The notes under the pieces were generated by a model. It saw nothing but the letters and a program-made list of their open reading frames with translations, was not told the origin of the DNA and did not search any database. A stretch of 64,000 nucleotides of DNA from Paraspadella gotoi (lineage: Eukaryota; Animalia; Chaetognatha). Location: contig CM119271.1 of assembly GCA_051294375.1 (NCBI GenBank), positions 13,073,039 through 13,137,038 on the forward strand, in the 5' to 3' direction. Of this stretch, positions 1 to 12,100 are shown piece after piece; positions within the stretch are counted from its first letter, which is position 1; the number at the start of each line of letters is the position of its first letter. Made by a program: the position numbers and the translations under genes.

Positions 1-898
1 GCTAGATGAGTTTCTTTGAGTCGATTGGATCGAATTTTAAAGTTGGAGAGGGTTGGAGTTTTTATTATTTTATTGCACTGGACGTAAAAATATTGGGCGG
101 ACCAAACATCTGGAACTGAAGAGTGGAAACGAATTTATAACATTTTTTTTTTTAAATTTAGTTGAATAAATTTCGTTGATAATTAAACACAATGATGTTT
201 AACTTTTTAAAAAAAATCTTTAAAAAAAACATTATTATCCGTAACTCGGTAATGTCAAACATTAGCCAAAATTTTGTTACCTCAACTGTTTTCTGTTTAT
301 TCAATTCTAATTGCATAATCTTAAAACTTTGAACCCTTAAATATTATATCTGGTTTTTTATCATCGCAGGACTAACAAGATCGTGAAAGGAAACAAGATT
401 GAATATTCCCATCCAGTTTCTCTCTGGACCATGCAAGCTGTCATGCACAGCAGCGTGATCCCTGTCCACACTTGTTTTCTCTATCTCCCCCCTTAATTCC
501 AACGACACGAGGTTTCCCCTCAATCTCGGTCTCATCACCTCTCCTCTCTCTTCTCTTACTCTCTCATCTACTACTCCTCCTCCGTCCTCCCGTCGATGAG
601 GTCTCAAACACGTGCTCTCTCTCCCCCCTCTTTCGTATTGACTTGACTAGCACCTTACCCGAACCGGGCCTCATGTAAATTGGCCGAATGTCTCTCTGTC
701 TCTCTCTCTCTATCCTCTCTCTCTCATCTCTCTCTCTCTCTCTCTCCCCCGTCCGGATGAGGTCTCAAACCGAGCAACCGAGTCTTAAACGTACTACAGG
801 AAAAAGAAAAGCCAGAATTCGATTGAAAACAAAACTCATCGGTCATTTTTATAAAGTCATTTTTCCCTCAATCGATATCGTCGTTATCGTGGTCCTTT

Positions 899-930
<32 letters not shown>

Positions 931-1311
931 GACGTCACCTTTATCGTTTCAAAGATCAAGATTTCGCGTCGAATTTTCTTGTCCAAACTTGAGGAAAAAA
1001 AAATCGAATCCGATTGAATCTTTTTTTTTTTTTGGTTTCGAGATCAGAAACTATTTTTCTTATTTGTGAAATCTCGATCTAAAACGCAATAAAATACATC
1101 AAATTACAACATTAAAAAAAAAGAAAAACTTTTAATGATAACAAAACTATCATCTTCATCCATGAGCAAAAAACAAAACGAAAAAAAAAAAACAACAACT
1201 AAACCAAATTAAAAATTTAACCAATCGGCGAACAAAACATTTCAAAAAATAAATACAAACCTTTCGGCGTGCCTTTCTACATTTCGTTCTACATTTCTAA
1301 ACAACGGCGCC

Positions 1312-1804
1312 ATGGTGAGACATTCTCCCACGCTCGTCCCGTTTCCTTCGAGGATTGGGGACGAGCCCGACGCTGCAGGGAATCGGCCTCCGCCGCCGTC
1401 GCCGCATGGCCAGTATTCGATGGAGGCTGCAGCTTGGGCGGCGGCGGCGGCTGCCGCGGAGAAGGAGAGAGCTAAGGCGGAAAAGGCCCCGCAAGGTGGT
1501 CCGGCGCCGCAAGGTGGTCCGGCGCCGCAAGGTGGTCCGGCGCCACAAGGTGGTCCGGCGCCGCAATATGGTCCGGCGCCGCAATATGGACCAGCGCCGC
1601 AAGATGGTCCGGCGCCGCAAGGTGGTCCGGCGCCGCAAGATGGTCNNNNNNNNNNNNNNNNNNNNNAGGGGCGACCTCCGCCGACGAGGGCGTTCGGTGC
1701 CGGCCCGTCTCCGCCGAATTCCGGCGAAGGGGAATCCTCCGGTTCGTCCGGCTCAACGAGATCAAATTCGCCGCCGGAAATTTTGTCGCCGCCGAAAACG
1801 AACG
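1312..1804 (+). CDS. First coding exon (copy A) of the large bZIP gene; Ala-rich segment plus APQ(G/Y/D)GP hexapeptide repeats
   Basis: ATG at 1312, GC-rich open frame, strong donor AACG|gtaagt at 1804/1805 (phase 1). An N gap at 1646-1666 interrupts the repeat. Duplicate of 6190-7020. Confidence 0.65.
1487..1645 (+). repeat. 18-bp coding minisatellite (ccggcgccgcaaggtggt / ...caatatggt)
   Basis: About 9 visible units encoding PAPQGG/PAPQYG/PAPQDG before the N gap. Confidence 0.9.
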
Positions 1805-2984
1805 GTAAGTCGCAGTTGTTTTGTTTTTCTTTTGTTTTTGTTTTGTTTTATGAGGGGGGGGNNNNNNNNNNNNNNNNNNNNNNNNNNNNNNNNNNNNNNN
1901 NNNNNNNNNNNNNNNNNNNNNNNNNNNNNNNNNNNNNNNNNNNNNNNNNNNNNNNNNNNNNNNNNNNNNNNNNNNNNNNNNNNNNNNNNNNNNNNNNNNN
2001 NNNNNNNNNNNNNNNNNNNNNNNNNNNNNNNNNNNNNNNNNNNNNNNNNNNNNNNNNNNNNNNNNNNNNNNNNNNNNNNNNNNNNNNNNNNNNNNNNNNN
2101 NNNNNNNNNNNNNNNNNNNNNNNNNNNNNNNNNNNNNNNNNNNNNNNNNNNNNNNNNNNNNNNNNNNNNNNNNNNNNNNNNNNNNNNNNNNNNNNNNNNN
2201 NNNNNNNNNNNNNNNNNNNNNNNNNNNNNNNNNNNNNNNNNNNNNNNNNNNNNNNNNNNNNNTTACATAAATGATTTTTTTTTAATACAAAATTTCGGAT
2301 ATGATTTGGGTATAATTTTTGGATTTATGTTTCATTATTTTTGANNNNNNNNNNNNNNNNNNNNNNNNNNNNNNNNNNNNNNNNNNNNNNNNNNNNNNNN
2401 NNNNNNNNNNNNNNNNNNNNNNNNNNNNNNNNNNNNNNNNNNNNNNNNNNNNNNNNNNNNNNNNNNNNNNNNNNNNNNNNNNNNNNNNNNNNNNNNNNNN
2501 NNNNNNNNNNNNNNNNNNNNNNNNNNNNNNNNNNNNNNNNNNNNNNNNNNNNNNNNNNNNNNNNNNNNNNNNNNNNNNNNNNNNNNNNNNNNNNNNNNNN
2601 NNNNNNNNNNNNNNNNNNNNNNNNNNNNNNNNNNNNNNNNNNNNNNNNNNNNNNNNNNNNNNNNNNTACCTTTTTCCTATTTATTTATTTACTTTTGTAC
2701 TTAATTTTTATTTATTTTTTTATTTATAAATTAATTTATCTACTTTTTTTTTCTTACAAGTCAGCTCAGCTGTTTCAACTTTTCTGCATAGAATCACAGA
2801 GGAATCTTTACTTAAAAATAAAAAAAGAAATTAAAATTTTTTTAGGCCTTTCCTATATATAAATAATAATAAATTAATATATGGGGTAAGGAGTAATATT
2901 AAAATTTTTTGTCTTTATCAAATTTATAAAAAATGTTTAAATTTTACGTTCTTAACACCACCTTTACTGAGTTAGGCTACTCCT

Positions 2985-3096
2985 ATTGGGGCATGGAAAC
3001 ACGTCTAGCCTGGTTCCCAGCCCAGGACGCGTTCCATGCTCCGCTAGAGGGGGTTACAGAAGTCATCTTCAGCGCCACTTGGGCCTTATCCACAAA
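2985..3096 (-). mobile_element. Copy of a short dispersed repeat also found at 44783-45012 and 35596-35722
   Basis: The reverse complement tttgtggataaggcccaagtggcgctgaag...catggaacgcgtcctgggctgggaaccaggct...tttccatgccccaa aligns with 44783-44901. Confidence 0.7.
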
Positions 3097-5412
3097 CTCA
3101 CCTCACTAACTGGGTTCATATGTCATTTGTCATCGCCCGCTAATCTTTCATTTCTCTTCACTCCTCTTTCTGTCATTTGCCTTTGATATCATTATCGTTA
3201 TATATTTCATAGTCATGTTTCGCCTGTCACAGTTTGCCATACTATGTTTTCTTATTTAACAGAATATATTTTCTCGTATATTATGAAATTGGTACAACCA
3301 ATATATTCGTCTATCTTTGTTATCGCTTAGAAAGACCTCATCCATCCTTCGTGGAAAGGATTCCCTCGTCTTGGATCCCAGGTTTGTCGGTCATATTGAG
3401 AGGGGTTCACGGCCGTCCTCATCGCTCCCTATGTCTTCAGATTTAGAGCTAATGTTTCGTAGTTTTCATGTACCGGATGGAACCGGGTTCACCACCTGAG
3501 GGAACCATATTCCACTTTGGAGGGACGAATCTGCGGGGTTATATTATCGCTAAAAAGTAATAGCAACAAAAAAGGGAAAAATAGCAACAAAACTTAAGTA
3601 AAGTGTCTAAATAATAGTCAATGATATGGTTTTTATATTTTATTTTTCGTTCACGCCGCGATGAATGATGAAGTAAAAAAAACATTTGACAAATAAAATA
3701 ATTCGATTGTACACAGAAAAATCATATATATGACTCTTTCAATATCATACGTCATAGATTATTCGACAATTAGACAATTAGATTATATCCAAATCGTCAA
3801 TATTATACATTAACTCCCCACTTTTTACCTTGAGAATCTGTGAGATTAGAGAAAGCGAATTTCGGAGTACAGGATTCGAAATGCGAATTTTCCTTTCAGT
3901 TTAATTTCCAAGTTGAGAAGAAGTTGAATTCGTCTAAAGTCGGGATCGAGAGTAAGTCCTTGTGGGAAGATCCAGTCCACCACTTGACTTGTCTGCAAAA
4001 AGTAGGGAATCGGGGTAAGGCCTTGGTGGAACAAAAAATAAACCACTATGAATTGTCATGAGTGGAGAAAATGGATGGATGATTCAGTGCTGTCGTACTG
4101 TCGTGTCTCTGTCTTCATCTCTCTCTCTACTCTGCTCGTCTTCTTAATCATTCACTCTCCTCCATCACTAATAGCTACACTCATATGTATATATATATAT
4201 ATACTTAAGCTACGGCAACTTAACCTAGGTTCCACCCCGCCTAAAAATATATCATATATATATATATATAAATTGCCATATTGATAAATCACATATTCTC
4301 TCTCTGATCTGTAATCTAATCTTTCTAGCTCTCTCTCGCTGCACGCTCTCCCTGTCACCACCTCTTTCCTGTCCCTCTCTCTCTAACTCTCTCCTCATAT
4401 CTTCGTCTCATCTCCCTACCTTCTCTATATTCCTCTTCTCTCTACAAACTAATTTAATCTCACCTGACAGACCGATCGAACGACAGATTACCTAAATGTT
4501 CGTTTCTCTTCCGCCGACAAAGCACTTTGTACGGAGAACACACCAGCGTCGGCCAGATTGGCCGACAAGAGTACGAGGAGAGCACGCGGTAAGCTTCCGC
4601 TGTCGTCGTCTTCATCGTTCAGAGAATAACCGAATTGAGTATCACATTCTTTCCTTAGTTTCTTTCTTTCTTTATTCTTTTTTTTTTTTTTTTGAGAAGG
4701 ACAAAAAATTGGGCTTTTATTTTTTCTATTTCAGAAAAGAAGAGAGATGGTAAAGGAGGACGATCGGTCGAGATTGAAGAGAGAGACAGCGCTAGATGAG
4801 TTCTTTTTGAGTCGATTGAGATCGAATTTAAAGTTGGAGAGAGGTATGGAGTTTTATTAATTATTACATCCATGCTATATGGCTGGACAGTAAAAAATAT
4901 GGCGGACCAAACATCTGGAACTGACAGAGTGGAAACGAATTTATAACAATCATTTTTTTTTTAAATTTAGTTGAGATAAAAATTCTCGTTGATAATTAAA
5001 CACTAATCGATGTTTAAACTTTTAAAAAAAAATCTTAAAAAAAAATTATTAACGTACTCGAGTTACATCAAGACACTACGCAAAACTGCTTCCTAAACTG
5101 TAAACTATTTATGCAACAATTCTTGCTTCCATCAATTCAATGTTTCTGTATTTTAACAATTCTAATTGCAAATAATCTTAAAAGTTTGGAACCCTGTAAT
5201 ATTATTATCGTGGTTTTTTATCATCGACAGGACTAAACAAGATCGTGAAAGGAAAAAAGAATTGAATAATTCCCATCCAGTTGTCTCATCGGACCATGCA
5301 AAGCTGTCATGACACACAGCGGATGCCCTGTCCACACTTGTTTTCTCTATTCTCCCCCTTATATTCCAACGACACGAGGTTTCCCCCACTCTAATCTCTC
5401 TCTCCTCTCTTC

Positions 5413-5453
<41 letters not shown>

Positions 5454-5576
5454 CTCTCCGTCTCCCGTTGGATGAGGTCTCAAACACGTGCTCTCTCTCC
5501 CCCCTTCTTGCGTATTGACTTGACTAAGGCACCTTACCCGACCGGGGGCCTCATGTAAATGGCCGAATGTCTCTCT

Positions 5577-5623
<47 letters not shown>

Positions 5624-6189
5624 TCCGATCCGTGATGAGGTCTCAAACCGTGCCACCCAGAGTCTTAGCGTCTTACAGGAAAAAGAAAAGCCAGAATTCG
5701 ATTGAAAACAAAACTCATCGGTCATTTTATAAAGTCAATTTTCCCTCAATCGATATCGTCGTGATCGTGGTCCTTTTCGTCATGTCGTCGTCGTCGTCGT
5801 CGTCGACGTCACCTTTATCGTTTTCAAAGATCAAGATTTCGCGTCGAATTTTCTTGTCCAAACTTGAGGAAAAAAAAACCGAATCCGATTAATCTATTTT
5901 TCTTTCTTTTTGGTTTCGAGATCAGAAACTATTTTTTCTTATTTGTGAATATCTCTGATCTAAAACGCAATAAAATACATCAATTACAACATTAAAAAAA
6001 AAAGAAAAACTTTTAATGATAACAAAATATCATCTTCATCCATGAGCAAAAACAAAACGAAAAAAAAAAAACAACAACTAAACCAAATTAAAAATTTAAC
6101 AATCGGCGAACAAAACATTTCAAAAAATAAATACAAACCTTTCGGCGTGCCTTTCTACATTTCGTTCTACATTTCTAAACAACGGCGCC

Positions 6190-9100
6190 ATGGTGAGACA
6201 TTCTCCCACGCTCGTTCCGTTTCCTTCGAGGATCGGAGATGAGCCCGACGCTGCAGGGAATCGGCCTCCGCCGCCGTCGCCGCATGGCCAGTATTCGATG
6301 GAGGCTGCAGCTTGGGCGGCGGCGGCGGCTGCCGCGGAGAAGGAGAGAGCTAAGGCGGAAAAAGGCCCCGCAAGGTGGTCCGGCGCCGCAAGGTGGTCCG
6401 GCGCGCAATATGGACCAGCGCCGCAAGATGGTCCGGCGCCGCAAGGTGGTCCGGCGCCGCAAGGTGGTCCCGGCGCCCGCAAGGTGGTCCGGCGCCGCAA
6501 GTGGTCCGGCGCCGCAAATGGCTCGGCGCCGCAATATGGTCCGACGCCGCAATATGGTCGACGCGCCGCAATATGGTCCGGCGCCGCAATATGGTCCGGC
6601 GCCGCAATATGGTCCGGCGCCGCAAGAAGGTGGGGCGCCGCAAGAAGATCGGCGCCGCAATATGGTCCGGCGCCGCAATATGGTCCGGCGCCGCAATATG
6701 GTCCGCGCCGCAATATGGTCCGGCGCCGCAATATGGTCCGGCGCCGCAATATGGTCCAGCGCCGCAAGAATGGTCCGAGCGCCGCAAGAATGGTCCGCCG
6801 CGCAAGTAGGTCCGGCGCCGCAAATAGATCCGGCGACAGGATGATTCGGCGCCGCAAGGTGGACCGGCGCCGCAAAAGGGGCGACCTCCGCCGACGAGGG
6901 CGTTCGGTGCCGGCCCGTCTCCGCCGAATTCCGGCGAAGGGGAATCCTCCGGTTCGTCCTGCACGTCGGCTCAACGAGATCAATTCGCCGCCGAAATTTT
7001 GTCCCCGCCGAAAACGAACGGTGAGTCGCAGTTGTTTTGTTTTTCTTTGTTTTCTTTTCTTTTTGTTTATTTTTATGAGGGGGGGGTGTGGACCGTCGAT
7101 TTCGGTTTAGTATTTTTTTTTCTTTTTGATTCTTTCTTTCGTTTTTCGTTTTGAGTGGAGATTAGATTTTAAATATATAATTGTTTACATAAATGTTTTT
7201 TTTAATACAAAATTTTTGGATATGTTTTGGGTATAATTTTTGGATTTATGTTTCATATTTTTTGAATTTTTGTCCTAAATTTTATATGTATTTTAATTAA
7301 CGTCTTAATTTATTTTCGCTTCGTTTAATTTTATATTCATTAATGTATTTATTTAGTTTTTAATTCATTTTTTTATTTTTTTTTATTAATTTAATTTAAT
7401 ATATTTTTTCCTTACCTTTTTCCTATTTATTTATTTACTTTTGTACTTAATTATTTTTATTTATTTTTTTATTTATAAATTAATTTATCTACTTTTTTTT
7501 TCTTACAAGACAGCTCAGCTGTTTCAACTTTTCTGCATAGAATCACAGAGAATGGATAATCGAATTAAAAAAAATAGGAAGAGATGGATATTTGGTTTGT
7601 TCAACTAATTTCATTTAAAAAATTGCCTTTTTTAATTTTGCTCACTAGACGGAATAATAAAGTTTGGACTCGTGAACCGTAAAGTTATTTTTACATTAAA
7701 ATGCTGAAAAATATTAATAATTATGATGTAGAGCGATATTTGAAAGAGAAAAAAAGACAAAATTCATTTTAAAAAAAAAAAAAAAAAAAGATGTTTTCAG
7801 GTTTTAATTTTTACAGATTATAGGTCAACAACTGGTTGTAGAAGTATATGCTAAATTATTTTCTTATCTAATTAGTTAAAAATGTGATTTTAAATGTTTA
7901 GAGACAAAAAAGTTTTGATTATTCTCAATCTTAATTAAGTCCAGGGATGCTGGAGGCGCTGAATTTCCCCAGACCCCTCGCCTCCGGATTGATGTCCAGA
8001 AAAGAGCGCGAGTTTAACCTGGAGGTCTTTCTATACAAGCTTTTTCAGTGCTGCGGTTTTGCCTTCGCCTCTAATTTTTTAAATTGTAAAATAATGATAA
8101 TAAAAAAATAATAGTAATATTAAAAAAATGATGCCAGTTAAAAAAATGATGCCAATGGAAAAAATGATGCCAGTTAAAATAATATAATACAAATAAAAAA
8201 AGTGCAAGTTTAAAGAATAATACAAATAAAAAAATTATTTGATTAATAAAATGAATAGTTAATAAATAAATAGAATAAAAATATAAATAAATGATTTAAT
8301 TAAATATTTATAGGAATAAATTAACTAATTAATTATCTTTGTTTAAAATAAAAAAAAGAATAAATTGAGTGAAAAGAAAAAAAAAAAAATATGCTTATAA
8401 CAATAATTTATTAAAGAAAATAAATATAAACAGAATGAAAAAATATTTTCTTTTGAATAAAAAATATATTAATAAAAAAACAATGGCAGCCGATAAACGA
8501 CTTCATAATTTAGGAATATCTAAATTTTAAAAAAGAACAATTTTTGGAATAATATTAAGGTTAGCAAAAACCTTTTGATTTTCGCCTCTAAAAACAAAAG
8601 CTCAAGAAGCGAAACGCGCAACGTTTTTTGCGCCTCCGCATTCGCCTCCCTTCTCCCATTTTTGGTCTATAGTCCGAGTTCGCACCTAAAAAACATGCGC
8701 CTCCGCGGTTTCTAGTCCGCCTCCCGGATCGCGTCTGCATCTCTGATTAAGTCCAAAAGCAAAGAATTGATCTCAGAATTAATTAATTAACATGGAAGTT
8801 AAACCTTAAATTAATATTTCCTTTTTTTCACAGACAAACGAGCTCAGCCCCCCGAAGAAGGTGTCTTTTCGTTTTCCGAAGCGCGACTCGAAACATCAGG
8901 AAGAATCTTCTTCAGAAGCGAGAGTAAATAACTTTGTGAAGCAGGGGACCGCCGTACCAGGANNNNNNNNNNNNNNNNNNNNNNNNNAGATTGAACGAGG
9001 AAAGCTACTAAATGATAAAGGCAATGTGCATCTTAATGATACATCTGAAGGCCTTCTTAATGACAAATCTAAAGATGAAAGGGACCATCAGGATGACGAA

Positions 9101-12100
9101 AGCAATGCTCCTCTTCGTCACCATAATGAAAATTTCGGAGGGCCAGTTGATGACAATTTGGATAGACCTCACAATAACGAACACGAAAACCTTTTTAATG
9201 ACAAATATCGATCGTCTTCCAACGAAAATCACTCAAACAACCTTAACGAATTTTCACCGCGATTCACTGACCAATACAATTTATTCATGGGCTTGTATTC
9301 CATTCAAAAACAACAACTTCATATGTTCAACAATGTACACAATCAAGAGTTTGACCTCGTTTCACAAATGCACAACCAAGAGAACCACCGGCAGCTCCGC
9401 CAAGGCTCCTATCAGGAGAGTCCAAGAGAGCGCAAAGAAGATATCATTAAAGAGCAGCCAAGTCAAGAGTCCAATCAGGAGTGCAACCAAGATCCATATC
9501 AGCAATTTCACCAAGATCGCAACCACAAGAACCCCCACAAACTCCTCCACGAACCCTATCAGCACTTCCACCAGGAGCGCCTTGAAGAATGCAATCAGAT
9601 GCCCCATCAGGAGCGACGTCAGCACAGTCAGGAGCGTGATCGAGAGCGTGAGCACAAGCGTCACGAAGAGCATGACCAGGATTGTCACCAGGAAACTCTC
9701 AAGATTTCACAACCCAATTGCCAAAATTCTCCACGCATCATCTCCAAACCAACTTCAATTCTGGCCTCCGATTCTCACCGTCGATCCAATTCTAACCGAC
9801 GTCGCCCTGCAACCTTTGCGGCTTCCTCCAACGCTGCCTCATCACAAGGACATCGGCTCAATCACGCTTTAGACGCTGATGATGAGCATCTACGGTCTGA
9901 TGCTGCAGATTCTATGCCACCACCAAAGTCGATTAGCAAACCCTCACAAAAGGAAAACTGCTCTCCGTCTTTAAGCCGCAAATCACTTCATCATCAATCA
10001 CCATCATTAAACCGCACTTTAAGCCCGTTAAAACTTAACATACAATCATTCAAAAGCCAATCAATCCTGTACCATGCTTCAGCATTGAAGCAGCAATCCT
10101 TAACCAATAGCAATGAATTACAACCAAAGGGCGCAACGGACTCCAAACATTTCAACTCTGGTTTCAATGGCAGAAATATTGACCTATCCAACTCAGATGA
10201 AATAGTTTATGGCGACAAGAATACTAATAGCAGGGAACCGTTAAAGTGCAGGTCAATCAATGATAATCCTTCTGTTTCAAAGCCACCAGAAAGTGAGGAA
10301 TCATTAACATCAAATGCAACATTTGAGGAAAGTATTGTTGATCCCCAAACCCCAGTGAATTACTCTACATACCCGTTCCATAGTAGCCGTTCTTTAAAAC
10401 CGGATGAACCTCTCCCCAACGGCAACATTATTGAAGTACAACCTGGTGCCGCTGGTCAATCAAAGCCACATGCCTCGTTCTCTGGAAATTCTTTAAATTC
10501 TCAGCCTGAAACTAATCAAAAATTTTTAAACATGGAAGCTATTTTTCCAACTACAAGCGATGATTTGGACTCCAAGCCATGGTTTAGTCATTTGAACAAC
10601 GCTTTTCATTCCCAACCTGGGAATGGTCAATCTTTGACGCCCCAAGACGATGCTTCCTCTTTAATGTCTCCAAAACATGGAGCTCGATATCCCTCGGCCT
10701 CACAATTTGAGAGAAGTCCAGCATCTTTTAAATCACAAGTTCCTTTGCCATACACTGATTGTGATCTTCAATCTTTCCAACAACCAGCTACATTATCAAA
10801 CAATCCTCAGATTGGAAGCAATCGTGATGTTTTGGACTGCCAACCAAGTACAAGTAAATCATTCCATTCAAACATCCCATTCAAACATGCGCGTGCCCAG
10901 GAATCGTCAGATGGTTTTAAGAAACCATATCCAGGTAATTTTTAGTCGGATCTGCTTATCAGCAGATCCCGACTCTATAATTCACTTTGTCGGTCCATCG
11001 GTCCGCCCCCTCAATCTTGTCAGGCATTCACTTATATCATGTCAGAACATCGAATTATGATAAATTTTGCAAAAAAACGATGTCCGTCCGTCAGTCCGTC
11101 CATCTGTCCATCCGTCTGTCCCACCTTAGCAAAAAACACCAATTACTCGTGATTGGTTGGATGGATTATAATGAAAAAAATATATATATTTCACTATTTG
11201 AACACCAATTACTGAGTGGATGGGGTGATTGACTTGAAATTTTGTATTTGGGTAGAAAAGTGCGTGATGAAACTGGAAAGCAAGTTTTGCTGGAATCGTT
11301 TGAGTGGAAATGAGTTTAAATTTAAAAAACCAAGAACCTGTTTCACTAATTTTTTTTTATTTTAAAGATGTATTAATTAATCAAATAATTAATAAGTTAA
11401 TTAATTAATCAGTCAATTAATCAATCAAAACAAACATTTTGGATCAAATTGCCTCATTAATTAATTAACTTGAATAAATTAATAATTAATTAAATAAAAA
11501 ATTAACTTGAATTAATTAATTAATTAATTACTGATAATGATCCTGGGCAGATCCGACATTGTTTGCTCAAACTTGTTTATTCAAATTTACAAAGTTAATT
11601 ATGATCATTCTTGAAAGAAGTACGTATTAACAAAACAGTAAAGGGTCTTCCTAGTATTTTTCTTTAAACTTTCTTTAAACGATATTATTAAAATTTAATT
11701 CAAATGCCATTGACTTGATTAATTTATATAAGCATATATTATTTTCTTTATCAGTTTAAAAAAAATTTTATTCTAATGTTTTTGACTATAATTAATTTTT
11801 GATAGGAATGAACAGTAAGGCGTAGTAAAATTTCTAAATTTAACTTTAATTAAAATTCTAAAAGTGAAGAACGAACAACATTATATTAATGAACATTTAT
11901 CTATAAAAAAAATTTATAATAAATTTTACAATTTACGCAGTAGGCCATATTTATACTAGTACTAATCCAATAAATGTTAAAATTTCAAAACAGTTTTTTC
12001 TAAGATTTTTTTGCAGAATTGGATTCGTTATAAAAACTCTTTAAAAAATTCCTTCATTAAGTGGGTCAAAAATTAGAAAAAACTATATTTTAAGCTGAAA

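Larger units (their letters stand above)
1..2801 (+). repeat. Duplicate (copy A) of 4791-7550, probable haplotype or gap-fill artefact
   Basis: gctagatgag... at 1 matches 4791. Colinear until ...gaatcacagag (2801 vs 7550). Differences are mostly 1-2 nt indels. Confidence 0.9.

Noticed and set aside
1355-2344. Arg-rich protamine-like ORFs (RRRKVV repeats), also at 6239-6844
   Set aside because: Alternative frames of the 18-bp repeat extended through N gaps. The ATG and donor support the APQGGP frame.
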